This document shows positions 1-11,884 of a stretch of DNA of 64,000 bases, piece after piece (the stretch's first letter is position 1; each line of letters begins with the position of its first letter). The notes beneath the pieces were generated by a model. The model was not told the origin of the DNA. It saw only the letters and a list, made by a program, of their open reading frames with translations, and did no database searches. This DNA is from Pristiophorus japonicus (lineage: Eukaryota). The stretch spans positions 6,820,001 to 6,884,000 of the forward strand of contig NC_091999.1 in assembly GCF_044704955.1 (NCBI RefSeq), read 5' to 3'. Made by a program: the position numbers and the translations under genes.

Positions 1-118
1 GCGCCGCACTGTCGGAGGGGCAGTACTGAGGGAGCGCCGCACTGTCGGAGGGGCAGTACTGAGGGAGCGCCGCACTGTCGGAGGGGCAGTACTGAGGGAG
101 CGCCGCACTGTCGGAGGG

Positions 119-521
119 TGCAAGGGCAAGATTGATTAAATGGCTATTATGTCGGCCCGGATCTGGCTAAACAGAAGGTATGCTTAAAACTGCATGTACA
201 CAAGATGACCACTCATTGACCTTAGGCTCAAGGCAGCAATATAATATAAGGTGAGTGACACTTGGAAGGAGAGACCAAATGGGTATCTGGCCATGGGTTG
301 GAACAACCAATCACGCCACGGTTCGGGAGGACACCCATGCGCTAGCCCTGTATAATTAAGGTGCAATTTGAACAGCTCGTTGGAGATTGTCGCTCAGGCG
401 GCTGAGAATTGAGATACCCCCCCCTCCCCGTGTTGGAATTAAAGTCATTGAAAGTTGCCCAAGGTGTCGATCTGTTGAATGCGGGGTTGTTGAGAGAGGA
501 GAAGGGCGATGCTCCCCATCA
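119..521 (+). mobile_element. 5' LTR
   Basis: Starts TGCAAGGG and ends CCCCATCA; homologous to 10623-11061; TATA-like at about 351, ATTAAA at 438-443; PBS immediately downstream. Confidence 0.85.
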
Positions 522-523
522 GC

Positions 524-541
524 TGGCGTAGTCGGCAGGAT
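524..541 (+). promoter_or_regulatory. Primer-binding site complementary to the tRNA-Ser 3' end
   Basis: TGGCGTAGTCGGCAGGAT is the reverse complement of ATCCTGCCGACTACGCCA (vertebrate tRNA-Ser 3' end); 2 nt after the LTR end. Confidence 0.85.
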
Positions 542-1370
542 ACAGGCTCGCTGACCCGAAAACGACGTGAGTACGTTTCAAATACCACCTGCCAGTTTGA
601 GATGTTACACTCTTTACGGGAAAAGCGGAAGTCGGTAGATAGATCAAATTAACGGGCCACAGAGCGAACAGAGACCACGGCATAAGGATCCGAGTCGGCT
701 CTAGCGTGGTCAACGTACGAACGAACACGGATCGGTCAGGAGACGCGACGGAGGTACAAGAGAAGCCCACTAAGGGAAAGGTGGCCCCTTAGGGATCGTA
801 GAAGCGGCCGGCGAACATGACCGGGGACCCGAGGGATCTGTCGGGAAAACGCAAGCAGATAAAAAGATGAAACTGATTGAGGGAATGAAGACAAAAGGGG
901 ATGGCAACCAGACAGCCCACCGGAGAGGCAGGCAAAGTGGTGGGGGAGTGGGGGGTGCCAGCCAAGAAATAAAGGGGTCCGGGCTGTTGTGGTAATATTA
1001 GCCTGCTATCGGGAACAAAACAACGAGACAGAAAGAACAAATCAGATAATACAGGAAAGGTGTGATTGCACTGGAAAGGGTGCAGAGATTTACAAGAAGG
1101 TTGCCTGGGACTGGAGAATTTTGGCTGTGCGGAAAGATTCGAGATGCTGGGACTTTTCTTTGGAGCAGAGGAGGCCTGAGGGGAGACGTTATTGAGGCGT
1201 GTAGAATTAGGTAGTGCCTCGATAGAGTGATAGGAAGGCCCTGTTTCCTTTGGTGGAGAGGTCAACAGCCGGGGAGCATAGGTTTAAAGTAACTGAAGGG
1301 AGGCTTAGAGGAGATATGATAGCGATCAGAAATTGTAAATGATTTAAGGAATAATGGATAAATAGTTACA

Positions 1371-1793
1371 GAAACATAGAAAACATAGAAAATAGCTGCA
1401 GGAGTCGGCCATTCGGCCCTTCGAGCCTGCACCACCATTCAATGAGTTCATGGCTGAACATGCAACTTCAGTACCCCCTTCCTGCTTTCTCGCCATACCC
1501 CTTGATCCTCCGAGTTGTAAGGACTACATCTAACTCCCTTTTGAATATATTTAGTGAATTGGCCTCAACTACTTTCTGTGGTAGAGAATTCCACAGGTTC
1601 ACAACTCTCTGAGTGAAGAAGTTTCTCCTCATCTCGGTCCTAAATGGCTTACCCCCTTATCCTTAGCCTGTGACCCCTGGTTCTGGACTTCCCCAACATC
1701 GGGAACATTCTTCCTGCATCCAACCTGTCCAGTCCCGTCAGAATTTTAAACCTTTCTATGAGGTCCCCTCTCATTCTCCTGAACTCCAGTGAA
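1371..1793 (-). mobile_element. CR1 LINE 3' fragment
   Basis: (GAAACATA)n tail and CR1 ORF2 C-terminal / 3' UTR sequence. Confidence 0.85.
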
Positions 1794-2119
1794 TCAAAAG
1801 GAGAAAAGGGAGGATCAAGGTTTCTTTCTTACTGTTCTCGTGTTTTCCTTTGATGTTTCGGTAAAGTTTTAGGAAAGCATGTTCCTTTGTTTGGCTCCTC
1901 CCCCTTTTCCAAGTGGCATTGGGAAGTTTAATATCGGAGTTACTGGGGTTAATTAACCTATTACAAACCAGACTTTTATTATGGCCATGATGAAATTCTG
2001 GTTGATTTGAATTGTGTGGAGAGTCTTTAGTTCCGGACAAAAGGCATTTCACTTTAATAATTGGTATGGTTTTAAAATAAAAACATTCTGACCAATGTGT
2101 AACTGGGGAGAAAAGGATG

Positions 2120-2905
2120 AAACATAAAAACATAGAAAATAGGTGCAGGAGTAGGCCATTCGGCCCTTCAAGCCTGCACCACCATTCAATAAGATCATGG
2201 CTGATCATTCACCTCAGTACCCCTTTCCTGCTTTCTCTCCATACCCCTTGATCCCTTTAGCCGTAAGAGCCATATCTAACTCACTTTTGAATATGTCCAA
2301 CGAACTGGCCTCAACAACTCTATGCGGCAGGGAATTGGGAATTCCATAGGTTCACAATTCTCTGAGTGAAGAAGTTTCTCCTCATCTCGGTCCTAAATGG
2401 TTTACCCCTTATCCTTAGATTGTGTCCCCTGGTTCTGGACTTCCCCAACATCGGGAACATTCTTCCTGCATCTAACCTGTCCAGTCCCGTCAGAATTTTA
2501 TATGTTTCTATGAGATCCCCTCTCATCCCTCTAAACTCCAGTGAATACAGGCCCAGTCGATCCAGTCTCTCCTCATATGTCAGTCCAGCCATCCCGGGAA
2601 TCAGTCTGGTGAACCTTCGCTGCACTCCCTCAATAGCAAGAATGTCCTTCCTCAGATTAGGAGACCAAAACTGAACACAATATTCCAGGTGAGGCCTCAC
2701 CAAGGCCCTGTACAACTGCAGTAAGACCTCCCTGCTCCTATACTCAAATCCCCTAGCTATGAAGGCCAACATACCATTTGCCTTCTTCACCGCCTGCTGT
2801 ACCTGCATGTCAACTTTCAATGACTGATGAACCATGACACCCAGGTCTCGTGGCACCTCCCCTTTTCCTAATCTGCCGCCATTCAGATAATATTCTGCCT
2901 TCCTG
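2120..2905 (-). mobile_element. CR1 LINE 3' fragment
   Basis: ORF2 C-terminus [19 protein letters not shown]...RTRGH...FFTQR; microsatellite tail. Confidence 0.9.
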
Positions 2906-3577
2906 TTATGTGCAAATTATTATGTGCAAAGGTGTTTTCCTGAGTGTTTATTGTAAGAATAAAAACACGGAGACTTTATAAAAGTAACATTTTTAACTGG
3001 AGAGTTTAAACTGACAAAGTCTGTAGGCTGAATTCGACATTGATCGATGGTGTCTGTGTCTGTCAGCTTTCGAAACAAAGGACGTTAACCCTTTCACGGG
3101 CAGCTGTGAACTCTGTTTTAACTCAGTGGCTGATACCTTTTGAATTTTGGAAATCTTCTTAATTTGGAGAGAATCACCAGAGATTCTGTTTCTTTTGTTT
3201 TAAGAAGGTGACCATCGGGAAGAAGCCATGTTGTTTAAAGGGGCTAGTGGGTTGCGCCCGAGGGGTCAGCAGGGCACACCTCTGTAACCGACTACATCTG
3301 GGAGCAAATCTCAGAAGCGGGATTCGTCCTTTCCAGGGGGATGAGGAAGAAGAGGTGCCTAATGGGATACCCCCACCTAATCAGGTGCAGTATGATCCAA
3401 GGGGAAGTGGACAGGACACGGGAGCTGGAAGAATCGCCTCGGCTCCCAGATTTGGAACTACCTCCTGTCCACAGACATACCTCACAAACCTCGCCAATCT
3501 CACAGAGTAGTAAGAGGTATATCGTGAATGCTAGCAGTAGGGACGGCAGAGGGTGTAGGATACCGTGCCATGGCAAT

Positions 3578-3787
3578 TGTTATGGATGTGGACTTGTATT
3601 TACTCTGTACAGCCACCAGAGGGCTCTTCCCCTGGAGTCCCAAGTGATCCCATAATCCCTTGAGAGCACAAGTATTTAAGGAGGCCTCACAGGTTGGAGA
3701 GGCGCTCTGGAGACCTGCACTAAAAGACTACGGTCACACTTCACTTTGAGCTGACAGCTGACTCTGACTCTTTCTCCACACACTACA
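3578..3787 (+). mobile_element. Solo LTR (probably Gypsy-type)
   Basis: TGT...ACA ends, near-TSD GCAAT/GTAAT, TATA-like tatttaa. Confidence 0.65.
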
Positions 3788-4446
3788 GTAATCATACCGC
3801 TGCAACCGTCCATTATATCAAGGACGGGAGCGTGGTTGTACAAGCAGGTAGTGTTTTAAGAAAGGCTCATCCAAAAGGCTCCTTCTCCAGCGAAGAAACA
3901 GGTTTGTGGGGAAAGTGAATTGTTTGTCATGAACCCATCCCGGGGCCAACAAATGGGCTAATGGTAATCTCAGCTCAGGTGATATTGGACCATGATGTGC
4001 GTCACAAAGTGGTACCTGTAACATTGAATCTGACCAGAGTGGGACTACCGGGGTGATGCAAGCTTAAAACAGCGCGGCTACATAGGAGAATGATCGAGGG
4101 ATGTTGGCAGAGGGCCTGTACACCCTGTACTGAATTCAGGGGGAGCGATGGGCTTGACGGTACCTTGACGAGAATGGTGCCGAGACTCGTGGGGGGAATC
4201 ATAACAGAAGGCGGTGAGGCCTGATTAATATATTGCAACTGGTTTTAATGATCAAGAGGGAGCAAACCAGATAATAGAACTGGTTCAAAAATGACACAAT
4301 ACAGGAGCTCCGTCTGGTCAAGGCAAGAGAGATAAGATAACATTCCAATGTGCTAATGAACTGTTGGGACGGTGAGGTTTGTGGAAACAATTGCGATCGG
4401 TTATATCGAAGTGTGCCTATGTAACGTTGTGATTGATAATTGATAA

Positions 4447-5177
4447 AAAACATAGAAACATAGAAAATAGGTGCAGGAGTAGGCCATTCGGCCCTTCGAG
4501 CCTGCACCACCATTCAATAAGATCATGGCTGATCATTCACCTCAGTACCCCTTTCCTGCTTTCTCTCCATACCCCTTGATCACTTTAGCCGTAAGGGCCA
4601 CATCTAACTCCCTTTTGAATATATCCAATGAACTGGCCTCAACAACTCTCTGCGGTCGGGAATTCCACAGGTTAACAACTCTCTGAGTGAAGAAGTTTCT
4701 CCTCATCTCGGTCCTAAATGGCTTACCCCTTATCCTAAGACTGCGTCCCCTGGTTCTGGACTTCCCCCAACATCGGGAACATTCTTCCCGCACCTAACCT
4801 GTCCAGTCCCGTCAGAATTTTATATGTTTCTATGAGATCCCCTCTCATCCTTCTAAATTCCAGTGAGTATAAGCCCAGTCGATCCAGTCTCTCCTCATAT
4901 GTCAGTCCTGCCATCCCGGGAATCAGTCTGGTGAACCTTCGCTGCACTCCCTCAATAGCAAGAACGTCCTTCCTCAGATTAGGAGACCAAAACTGAACAC
5001 AATACTCCAGGTGAGGCCTCACCAAGGCCCTGTACAACTGCAGCAAGACCTCCCTGCTCCTATACTCAAATCCCCTCGCTATGAAGGCCAACATGCCATT
5101 TGCCTTCTTCACCGCCTGCTGTACCTGCATGGCCCACTTTCAATGACTGATGTACCATGACACCCAGGTCTCGTTGC
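4447..5177 (-). mobile_element. CR1 LINE 3' fragment
   Basis: Same ORF2 C-terminal motifs and tail. Confidence 0.9.
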
Positions 5178-6149
5178 CAGTAATGGTCTCGCTGGTGAGG
5201 AATAAGTAAAGGGATGTTACCGCTGACAGCCAATAAGGTTGCAGGTATTAGTCTCATTCAGGGCGAGTAAGTAAAGGGACGTACCGCTGAAGACCTTTAG
5301 CCATGGGAAGTGAGAAACTCGAGTGGGTACCAGTGGACTCTGGCACGGTACCCAGCAGACAAAAAGTCGAAAAGGAATTGCAATAATGATTAAATTAAAA
5401 TTGGAAACCAGACAACCCACCCGCTGAACAAAGCAAATGGAAGTCGGAAAAGAAACACAAGGGGGAGGAAGTTCTCATTTCAGTCACTCGTGCGTATTAC
5501 GAATTAAGCAAAGGGGCTAGACGATTGACTGAAAAAGTGACGAAATAAACCGACAGTGTATGGGATGACGACAGCGTCCATTAGGACCATACAAAGGGTC
5601 AAGTACCAATAGCCGCCATCAATTAGAGACAGTGAGGGGGGGGGTCACGGGGGTAGAGCACTTGAAGTCTGTTATAACTGCAACAGACTCTGACAAACGT
5701 GGTGGAATTGTAGGGAGAGAAAGGCTCTTTGTAATGCAGGAAATGAGGAGGGGAGGGGGGGCAACGTAGTTGCTACGGTGACCGTTTTTTAAAAAAAAAA
5801 GCAGGAAGCAATTCAAAAAGGGAGATGTTTCGTGGGAATCCAAAACCATGAAGTGTAAGCATAGCAGCAAAAAAGTGCTAAAAACTACAGAGTCAGCAGA
5901 TCCTGGTGCAGATTATAAGACAAACATTAAATGGTCGGACACTGAAAAGAGTAGAGGAACAGAGGGACCTGGGAGTGCAGGTTCCACAGATCCCTGAAGC
6001 TGTCAGGCCAGGTGGATAAGAAGGCATCCGGAATACTTGCCTTTATTAGTCGAGGTATGGAATACAGGAGCTGAAAGGTCAGGCTTGAACTGTAGCAAAC
6101 TCTAGTTGGCTCATCACATTACAGGAAAGGGATGGGTAGATATGGATTT

Positions 6150-6560
6150 TAATGAAGCTAAGGGCAACCCCAAACCCGGATGACTGGACCCACGCCTTTC
6201 GAACTAATGACCGGGAGGGCGACGAGATTACCTGATGCCCCAGTGACGGGAAGCGCTGACATAGGACCCCTGCCGGGAAGCGAGCAAGGAGATTTGTGAT
6301 GGAGTTATGTGAACAATTACACGACCTGCAGGCAGACGCCAGGGATCAGCAAGTGACCGAGGAAACTGCGAAACTGGCACCAAGGAACAAAAGGGCTCCG
6401 ACACCACAGGTTGGGAGCAAGGTGATGGTTAAAAAGTAAACCCCGAAAAGCCAGGGGGTCTCACCAAAATGGACAGGCCCTCACCAGGTAACAATGGTCA
6501 GTGACACGTTGCGTGTGCGTGGCAATAGGTTGGTGGAAACATTGGACGCAGTTAAAAACG
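6150..6560 (+). pseudogene. Retroviral integrase C-terminal remnant (frameshifted)
   Basis: MKLRATP / MTGPTPFELMTGRATRLP, PQVGSKVMVKK, SPKWTGPHQV (GPY/F-type motif) and WKHWTQLK in shifting frames. Confidence 0.75.
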
Positions 6561-7272
6561 TTATGAGTAACATGAGACCCTAACTGACCGGTGATGCCCG
6601 GGGAAAACATGTTGTGCTTTACAGAACCCTAGTCCTAGTCGGAGGAATACTGCGTAACCTCATCTTATACCACGACCCAGCGGGAAGTTGCCCGGACGGC
6701 TATCAAGGAAACATTTCAACTCCAAACCCAATCTTTTTGCGGAAAATGCCAACGGGGGCGACTTGAAGGGGAATGGACAAGCCATAAGGGACACTCAATG
6801 GCAGAACCAAGCGTGGACACGCATGAATAGCTCGGACCAAGGAAATCCACACAAAGTGTGTGCGGCTAAGATGTAACCTCGCCCGAGAGGCCGAGGGGAC
6901 TACCCCCGAGCCCATCAGGGAATCGCAATGTGGTGACGGTTCCTCATGGGGACTGTCCGTGTTTAAGATAGAGATCCCAACCAGCGCAATAGCCCCAACC
7001 ACAAGGACCCCAGAACCCCCAGGATGCCCACAGGGGGTAAGCGGAGGATTAGTAATAAAAAGATCTCAAGACAAAATCCACGTCGGGGTACGCCAAAGGG
7101 TAATTACGGTATTGTTAAACCTAACGGATATAACGATCCCGCTGTTTTGCGGTAAGGAAACTATAAGCTTACAGAAAAACCTAACCCTAAGAGCCCTTGA
7201 GGGGCCCGAATCCAAGGCTACAAAGTTCAGCGTAAAAAAGCCGAATAAAAAAGGGAAAGGTGGAAGGAGAAA

Positions 7273-8064
7273 CATAGAAACATAGAAACATAGAAAATAG
7301 GTGCAGGAGTAGGCCATTCAGCCCTTCTAGCCTGCACCGCCATTCAATGAGTTCATGGCTGAACATGAAACTTCAGTACCCCCTTCCTGCTTTCTCGCCA
7401 TACCCCTTGATCCCCCGAGTAGTAAGGACTTCATCTAACTCCCTTTTGAATATATTTAGTGAATTGGCCTCAACTACTTTCTGTGGTAGAGAATTCCACA
7501 GGTTCACCACTCTCTGGGTGAAGAAGTTTCTCCTCATCTCGGTCCTAAATGGCTTACCCCTTATCCTCAGACTGTGACCCCTGGTTCTGGACTTCCCCAA
7601 CATTGGGAACATTCTTCCTGCATCTAACCTGTCTAAACCCGTCAGAATTTTAAACGTTTCTATGAGGTCCCCTCTCATTCTTCTGAACTCCAGTGAATAC
7701 AAGCCCAGTTGATCCAGTCTTTCTTGATAGGTCAGTCCCGCCATCCCGGGAATCAGTCTGGTGAATCTTCGCTGCACTCCCTCAATAGCAAGAATGTCCT
7801 TCCTCAAGTTAGGAGAGCAAAACTGTACACAATACTCCAGGTGAGGCCTCACCAAGGCCCTGTACAACTGTAGCAACACCACCCTACCCCTGTACTCAAA
7901 TCCCCTCGCTATGAAGGCCAACATGCCATTTGCTTTCTTCACCGCCTGCTGTACCTGCATGCCAACCTTCAATGACTGATGTACCATGACACCCAGGTCT
8001 CGTTGCACCTCCCCTTTTCCTAATCTGTCACCATTCCGATAATAGTCTGTCTCTCTGTTTTTGA
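7273..8064 (-). mobile_element. CR1 LINE 3' fragment inserted in the env furin site
   Basis: ORF 7373-8008; flanked by GAGAAA at 7267-7272 and 8065-8070. Confidence 0.9.
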
Positions 8065-8441
8065 GAGAAAGAGGGGAATATTAGAAATGGTGGGCGCGGG
8101 ATACGCAGCTGGCGTTGCGATGGTTAATACAATAGATCTTCAAACAATTGAAGAGCTGGTCATCACCCTCACACAGACCTTGAAAGGACTGCTTGAAAGA
8201 GGAGATGATAACGAGGAAATGCAGGCCCAACTAGGGGACGGGGCGGAACGGGAACTGCTACAGGTTGCCCATACTTTGCGGGACCATGCAAAAACGATAA
8301 ATCTGGTAAACCAGGCTGGACAAACTATGAGTAAAAGAATGGCGGCCGAGATAGTTTCTGCAGGATATGGGCCTTGGCTGCTCACTGCGGTAGAACAGAA
8401 CCGAGAACAACTCCAGAATGGGGAGGTGCCGAATTGGATAA

Positions 8442-8731
8442 TGTCATGTATCTCACACCCACTGTAAAGTCCTGTCCCTGCAGTACAGACTCACACGAGG
8501 CACATGCCGAAGTCAAGCTCACTCAGGACCTGCACCTTTATTTCACAGCTCTCGAGTGCCACACTTGCCTGAGACCTGCCTTTATATACCTGTGTGGGAC
8601 AGGTGTGCAGTGTCTCCTGCACATGCACCCCCTGGTGGTAAGGTATGCTTGTGGTTACAGGTCACATCTAGTTACAGTCGTGTATAGCATGGTAAGATAC
8701 AGTTGTGCACAGTAGTGTGAGATGCATGACA
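8442..8731 (-). mobile_element. Solo LTR inserted in env
   Basis: 16-bp terminal inverted repeats (15/16 match), perfect 5-bp TSD GATAA, TATATAAA and AATAAA on the minus strand. Confidence 0.85.
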
Positions 8732-9302
8732 GATAACCAATGATGTATTTGCTGAATGGACATTGGGCAAGAATGATACACAAGCCTGTGAGGTCCGGAG
8801 GAATAGCCATGCCTGGGCCCCCAAGAACAGGTGTGTAACCAGACATCAGAATGCGATCGGCTTTGTGTTATCAATACCACAATACCACGTGACAAAGGGA
8901 AACAGATTGTGCCAAGTAAACAGTATAGGAGAAATAAGGAATCAGACCCGTGTGCAGTGTCACAAGTCGCACCCGTACGTAATTAAAAAGGGAATCACTA
9001 CTAAAGGTGACTATATTAAAGATTGTTGTCAGAATAACCAAGTTGTTTTATGCCGAGAGCACCCAGACCTCGATAGCAACGACTGTGGATCTGGCCGAAC
9101 AGAAGGATGTGTGTTGCGTGTCACACCGCTGGCACTGGACTCCGAAATTACCGCAGCCTCACACGGAAAGGGAGGAGGGTGTGTGAGCACCACGGCGGTC
9201 AACATGACGGTGGGGGTGGGGGGGGGATTACCCACTGCCCCAGTCGCGACCACCGACTTCTGTTTTGCCCCAGGGATGTATCATATATCCGGAATTGGGA
9301 CA

Positions 9303-10049
9303 ATGCTGAGATGCAGAGGGACCTGGGGGTCCTTGTGCATGAATCCCAAAAAGTTAGTTTGCAGGTGCAGCAGGTAATCGGGAAGGCGAATGGAACGTTG
9401 GCCTTCATTGCGAGAGGGATGGAGTACAAAAGCAGGGAGGTCCTGCTGCAACTGTATAGGGTATTGGTGAGGCCGCACCTGGAGTACTGCGTGCAGTTTT
9501 GGTCACCTTACTTAAGGAAGGATATACTAGCTTTGGAGGGGGTACAGAGACGATTCACTAGGCTGATTCCGGAGATGAGGGGGTTACCTTATGATGATAG
9601 ATTGAGTAGACTGGGTCTTTACTCGTTGGGAGTTCAGAAGGATGAGGGGTGATCTTATAGAAACATTTAAAATAATGAAAGGGATAGACAAGATAGAGGC
9701 GGAGAGGTTGTTTCCACTGGTCGGGGAGACTAGAACTAGGGGGCACAGCCTCAAAATACGGGGGAGCCAATTTAAAACCGAGTTGAGAAGGAATTTCTTC
9801 TCCCAGAGGGTTGTGAATCTGTGGAATTCTCTGCCCAAGGAAGCAGTTGAGGCTGGCTCATTGAATGTATTCAAGTCACAGATAGATAGATTTTTAAGCA
9901 ATAAGGGAATTAAGGGTTACGGGGAGCGGGCGGGTAAGTGGAGCTGAGTCCACGGCCAGATCAGCCATGATCTTGTTGAGTGGCGGAGCAGGCTCGAGGG
10001 GCTAGATGGCCTGCTCCTGCTCCTAATTCTTATGTTCTTATGTTCTTAT
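9303..10049 (+). mobile_element. CR1 LINE 3' fragment inserted in env
   Basis: ORF2 C-terminus, (TTCTTATG)n tail, flanking GACA duplication. Confidence 0.9.
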
Positions 10050-10610
10050 GACAGCGGTGGACACTATCAAAGCAGCTTATAAAGGTTTCGAGGAACCACA
10101 AGGACAACATATACCCAGACTTTGTGGAGAACAAACTAAGTTGGAACAGGACCTCCATGAACAACGGCAGAAGTACATCATCCTGATGAAGAAGAGCGGC
10201 AAACTCCAGAAGGACACTGAAGAAATATTGGCAAACCAACCCTGGTACGCCAGGCTTTGGAACTCTGGATGAAACGCGCAGGTGGATAAGAATAATATCC
10301 CATGTATTGGTGATTGTGCAATGCGTGGTTTTAATGGTAATGTTGATTGAATGATGTTGGAGATGCAAACAACGGGCAAGGAAAGCCATAGCTCAGGCCC
10401 CCATAAAAAGCCTTCGAAGAAATGAAACCGAAGGAAACATCTGTAAAACAGGTAAATGGTGCGCAAGGGGAACGAGATACGAGAAGCCATCTGAAAGTAA
10501 GAGCGTGGCCACCCAGACGGACGGGTTAAGCTGACAATATCACTTCCCCTCCGGATGAAATAATGAGGGGGCTGTACTTTGGCCTATCTTGGGGTATCTA
10601 GCCAAGGGCC

Positions 10611-10620
10611 AAAAGGGGGG
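10611..10620 (+). promoter_or_regulatory. Polypurine tract
   Basis: AAAAGGGGGG followed by AT and then TGTAAGGG, the start of the 3' LTR. Confidence 0.8.
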
Positions 10621-10622
10621 AT

Positions 10623-11061
10623 TGTAAGGGTAAGCTTGATTATCAAAGATGTTATCTGGCTAGGATGGAGGCCCTGAGCTTGCTAAACGGAAGGTATGCT
10701 TGAAACCGCACGTACGCATTGAGCCACGAGATGACCGCTCGTCGAAGGTAGGCTTAAAACTGCACGTACACAAGATGACCCCTCGTTGACCTCGGGCTCA
10801 AGGGAGCAATATAATTGAAGGCGAGTGACACTTGGAAAGTGGGAAAAACCAATCACGTCACTGTTCAGGTCTGCCCAGGAGGATTACCACGCAATAGCCC
10901 TGTGTCATTAAGGTGCGATTTGAACAGCTCGTTGGGGATCGCCTCTCAGGCGGCTGAGAATTGAGATGCTCCCCCTTGTTGGAATTAAAGTCATTGAAAG
11001 TTGTCCAACTTCTGTTGAATCCAGGCTTATTAAGAGAGGAGAATGGCGATGCTCCCCATCG
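10623..11061 (+). mobile_element. 3' LTR
   Basis: Homologous to 119-521, including the shared end gagaggagaa.ggcgatgctccccatc; carries an internal duplication at about 10690-10790. Confidence 0.85.
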
Positions 11062-11124
11062 CTAACATTGGTGCTTCTGTCCTCCCAGGGGATTTGCAGG
11101 ATCTTGCGGAGATTCTGGTCAAGC

Positions 11125-11710
11125 TCCCCTTCACCTTCTCTGCCCAGAATTGGACACAATACTCCAGTTGGGGCCGAGCCAGTGTTCATCATCACGTCCC
11201 TCGCTTTTGTGCTCTGTGTCTCTATTTATGAAGCCCAGGATCCCGTTAGCTTTAACCGCTTTCCCAACCTGCCCTGCCACCTCCAATGATCTGTGCCCAT
11301 ATACCCCCAGGTCTCTCTGTTCATGCACCCCCTTTAGGATTGTACCCGTCAGTGTATATCGCCTCTCCTCGATCGTACGACTAAAATGCATCAATTTGCA
11401 CGTTTCTGCGTTAAATTCCACCTGCCACGAGTCCGCCCGTCCCAGCAGCCTGTCTGTGTCTTGTTGAAGTCGATCCCCTGCCCTCCTCACTGTTCACTAC
11501 ACTTCCAAGTTTTGTGTCATCCGCACATGTTGAAATTGTGCCCTGTACACCCAAGGCCAAGTCATTAATGTATCTCAGGAAAAGGCAGTGGTCCCAGTAC
11601 TGACCCCTGGGGAACACCACTGTACACCTTCCTCCAGTCCGAGAAACAACCGTTCACCCCTACTCTCCGTTTCCGGTCACTCAGCCAATCCCGTATCCAC
11701 GCTGCCCCTG
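11125..11710 (-). mobile_element. Old CR1 RT fragment
   Basis: Degenerate GVPQGS, YINDL, ADDTKL and RDLGV motifs. Confidence 0.8.
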
Positions 11711-11884
11711 CCACGTTAATCGGAGAGTTCGATAAAGTCAGGCGAGAGCTGGTTCTGGTGGGGTGCAGAGGGTATAACTAATAGATCGTAGACACACCGG
11801 CAGCAGGAAGGAGTTTAATGGATTACCAGTTACAGGAATAGTGCACAGATTGTTAATGACGGGAACAGATCTTAGAAAGGAGGT

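Larger units (their letters stand above)
6624..10354 (+). pseudogene. env-like class I fusion glycoprotein, interrupted by three insertions
   Basis: Segments 6860-7272, 8071-8441, 8737-9302 and 10054-10272 join in frame: RRKR|GILEMVGAGYAAGVAMVNTIDLQ fusion peptide, heptad repeat, Cys-rich region, second heptad repeat, PWYARLW. The TM WIRIISHVLVIVQCVVLMVMLI follows at 10283-10348 in a shifted frame. Possible env splice acceptor tgctttacAG at about 6623. Confidence 0.8.
119..11061 (+). mobile_element. Decayed endogenous retrovirus-like provirus (lokiretrovirus-like by env type) with many nested insertions
   Basis: Two homologous LTRs, PBS, PPT, integrase C-terminal motifs and a class I fusion env in LTR-pol-env-LTR order. 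Confidence 0.82.
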
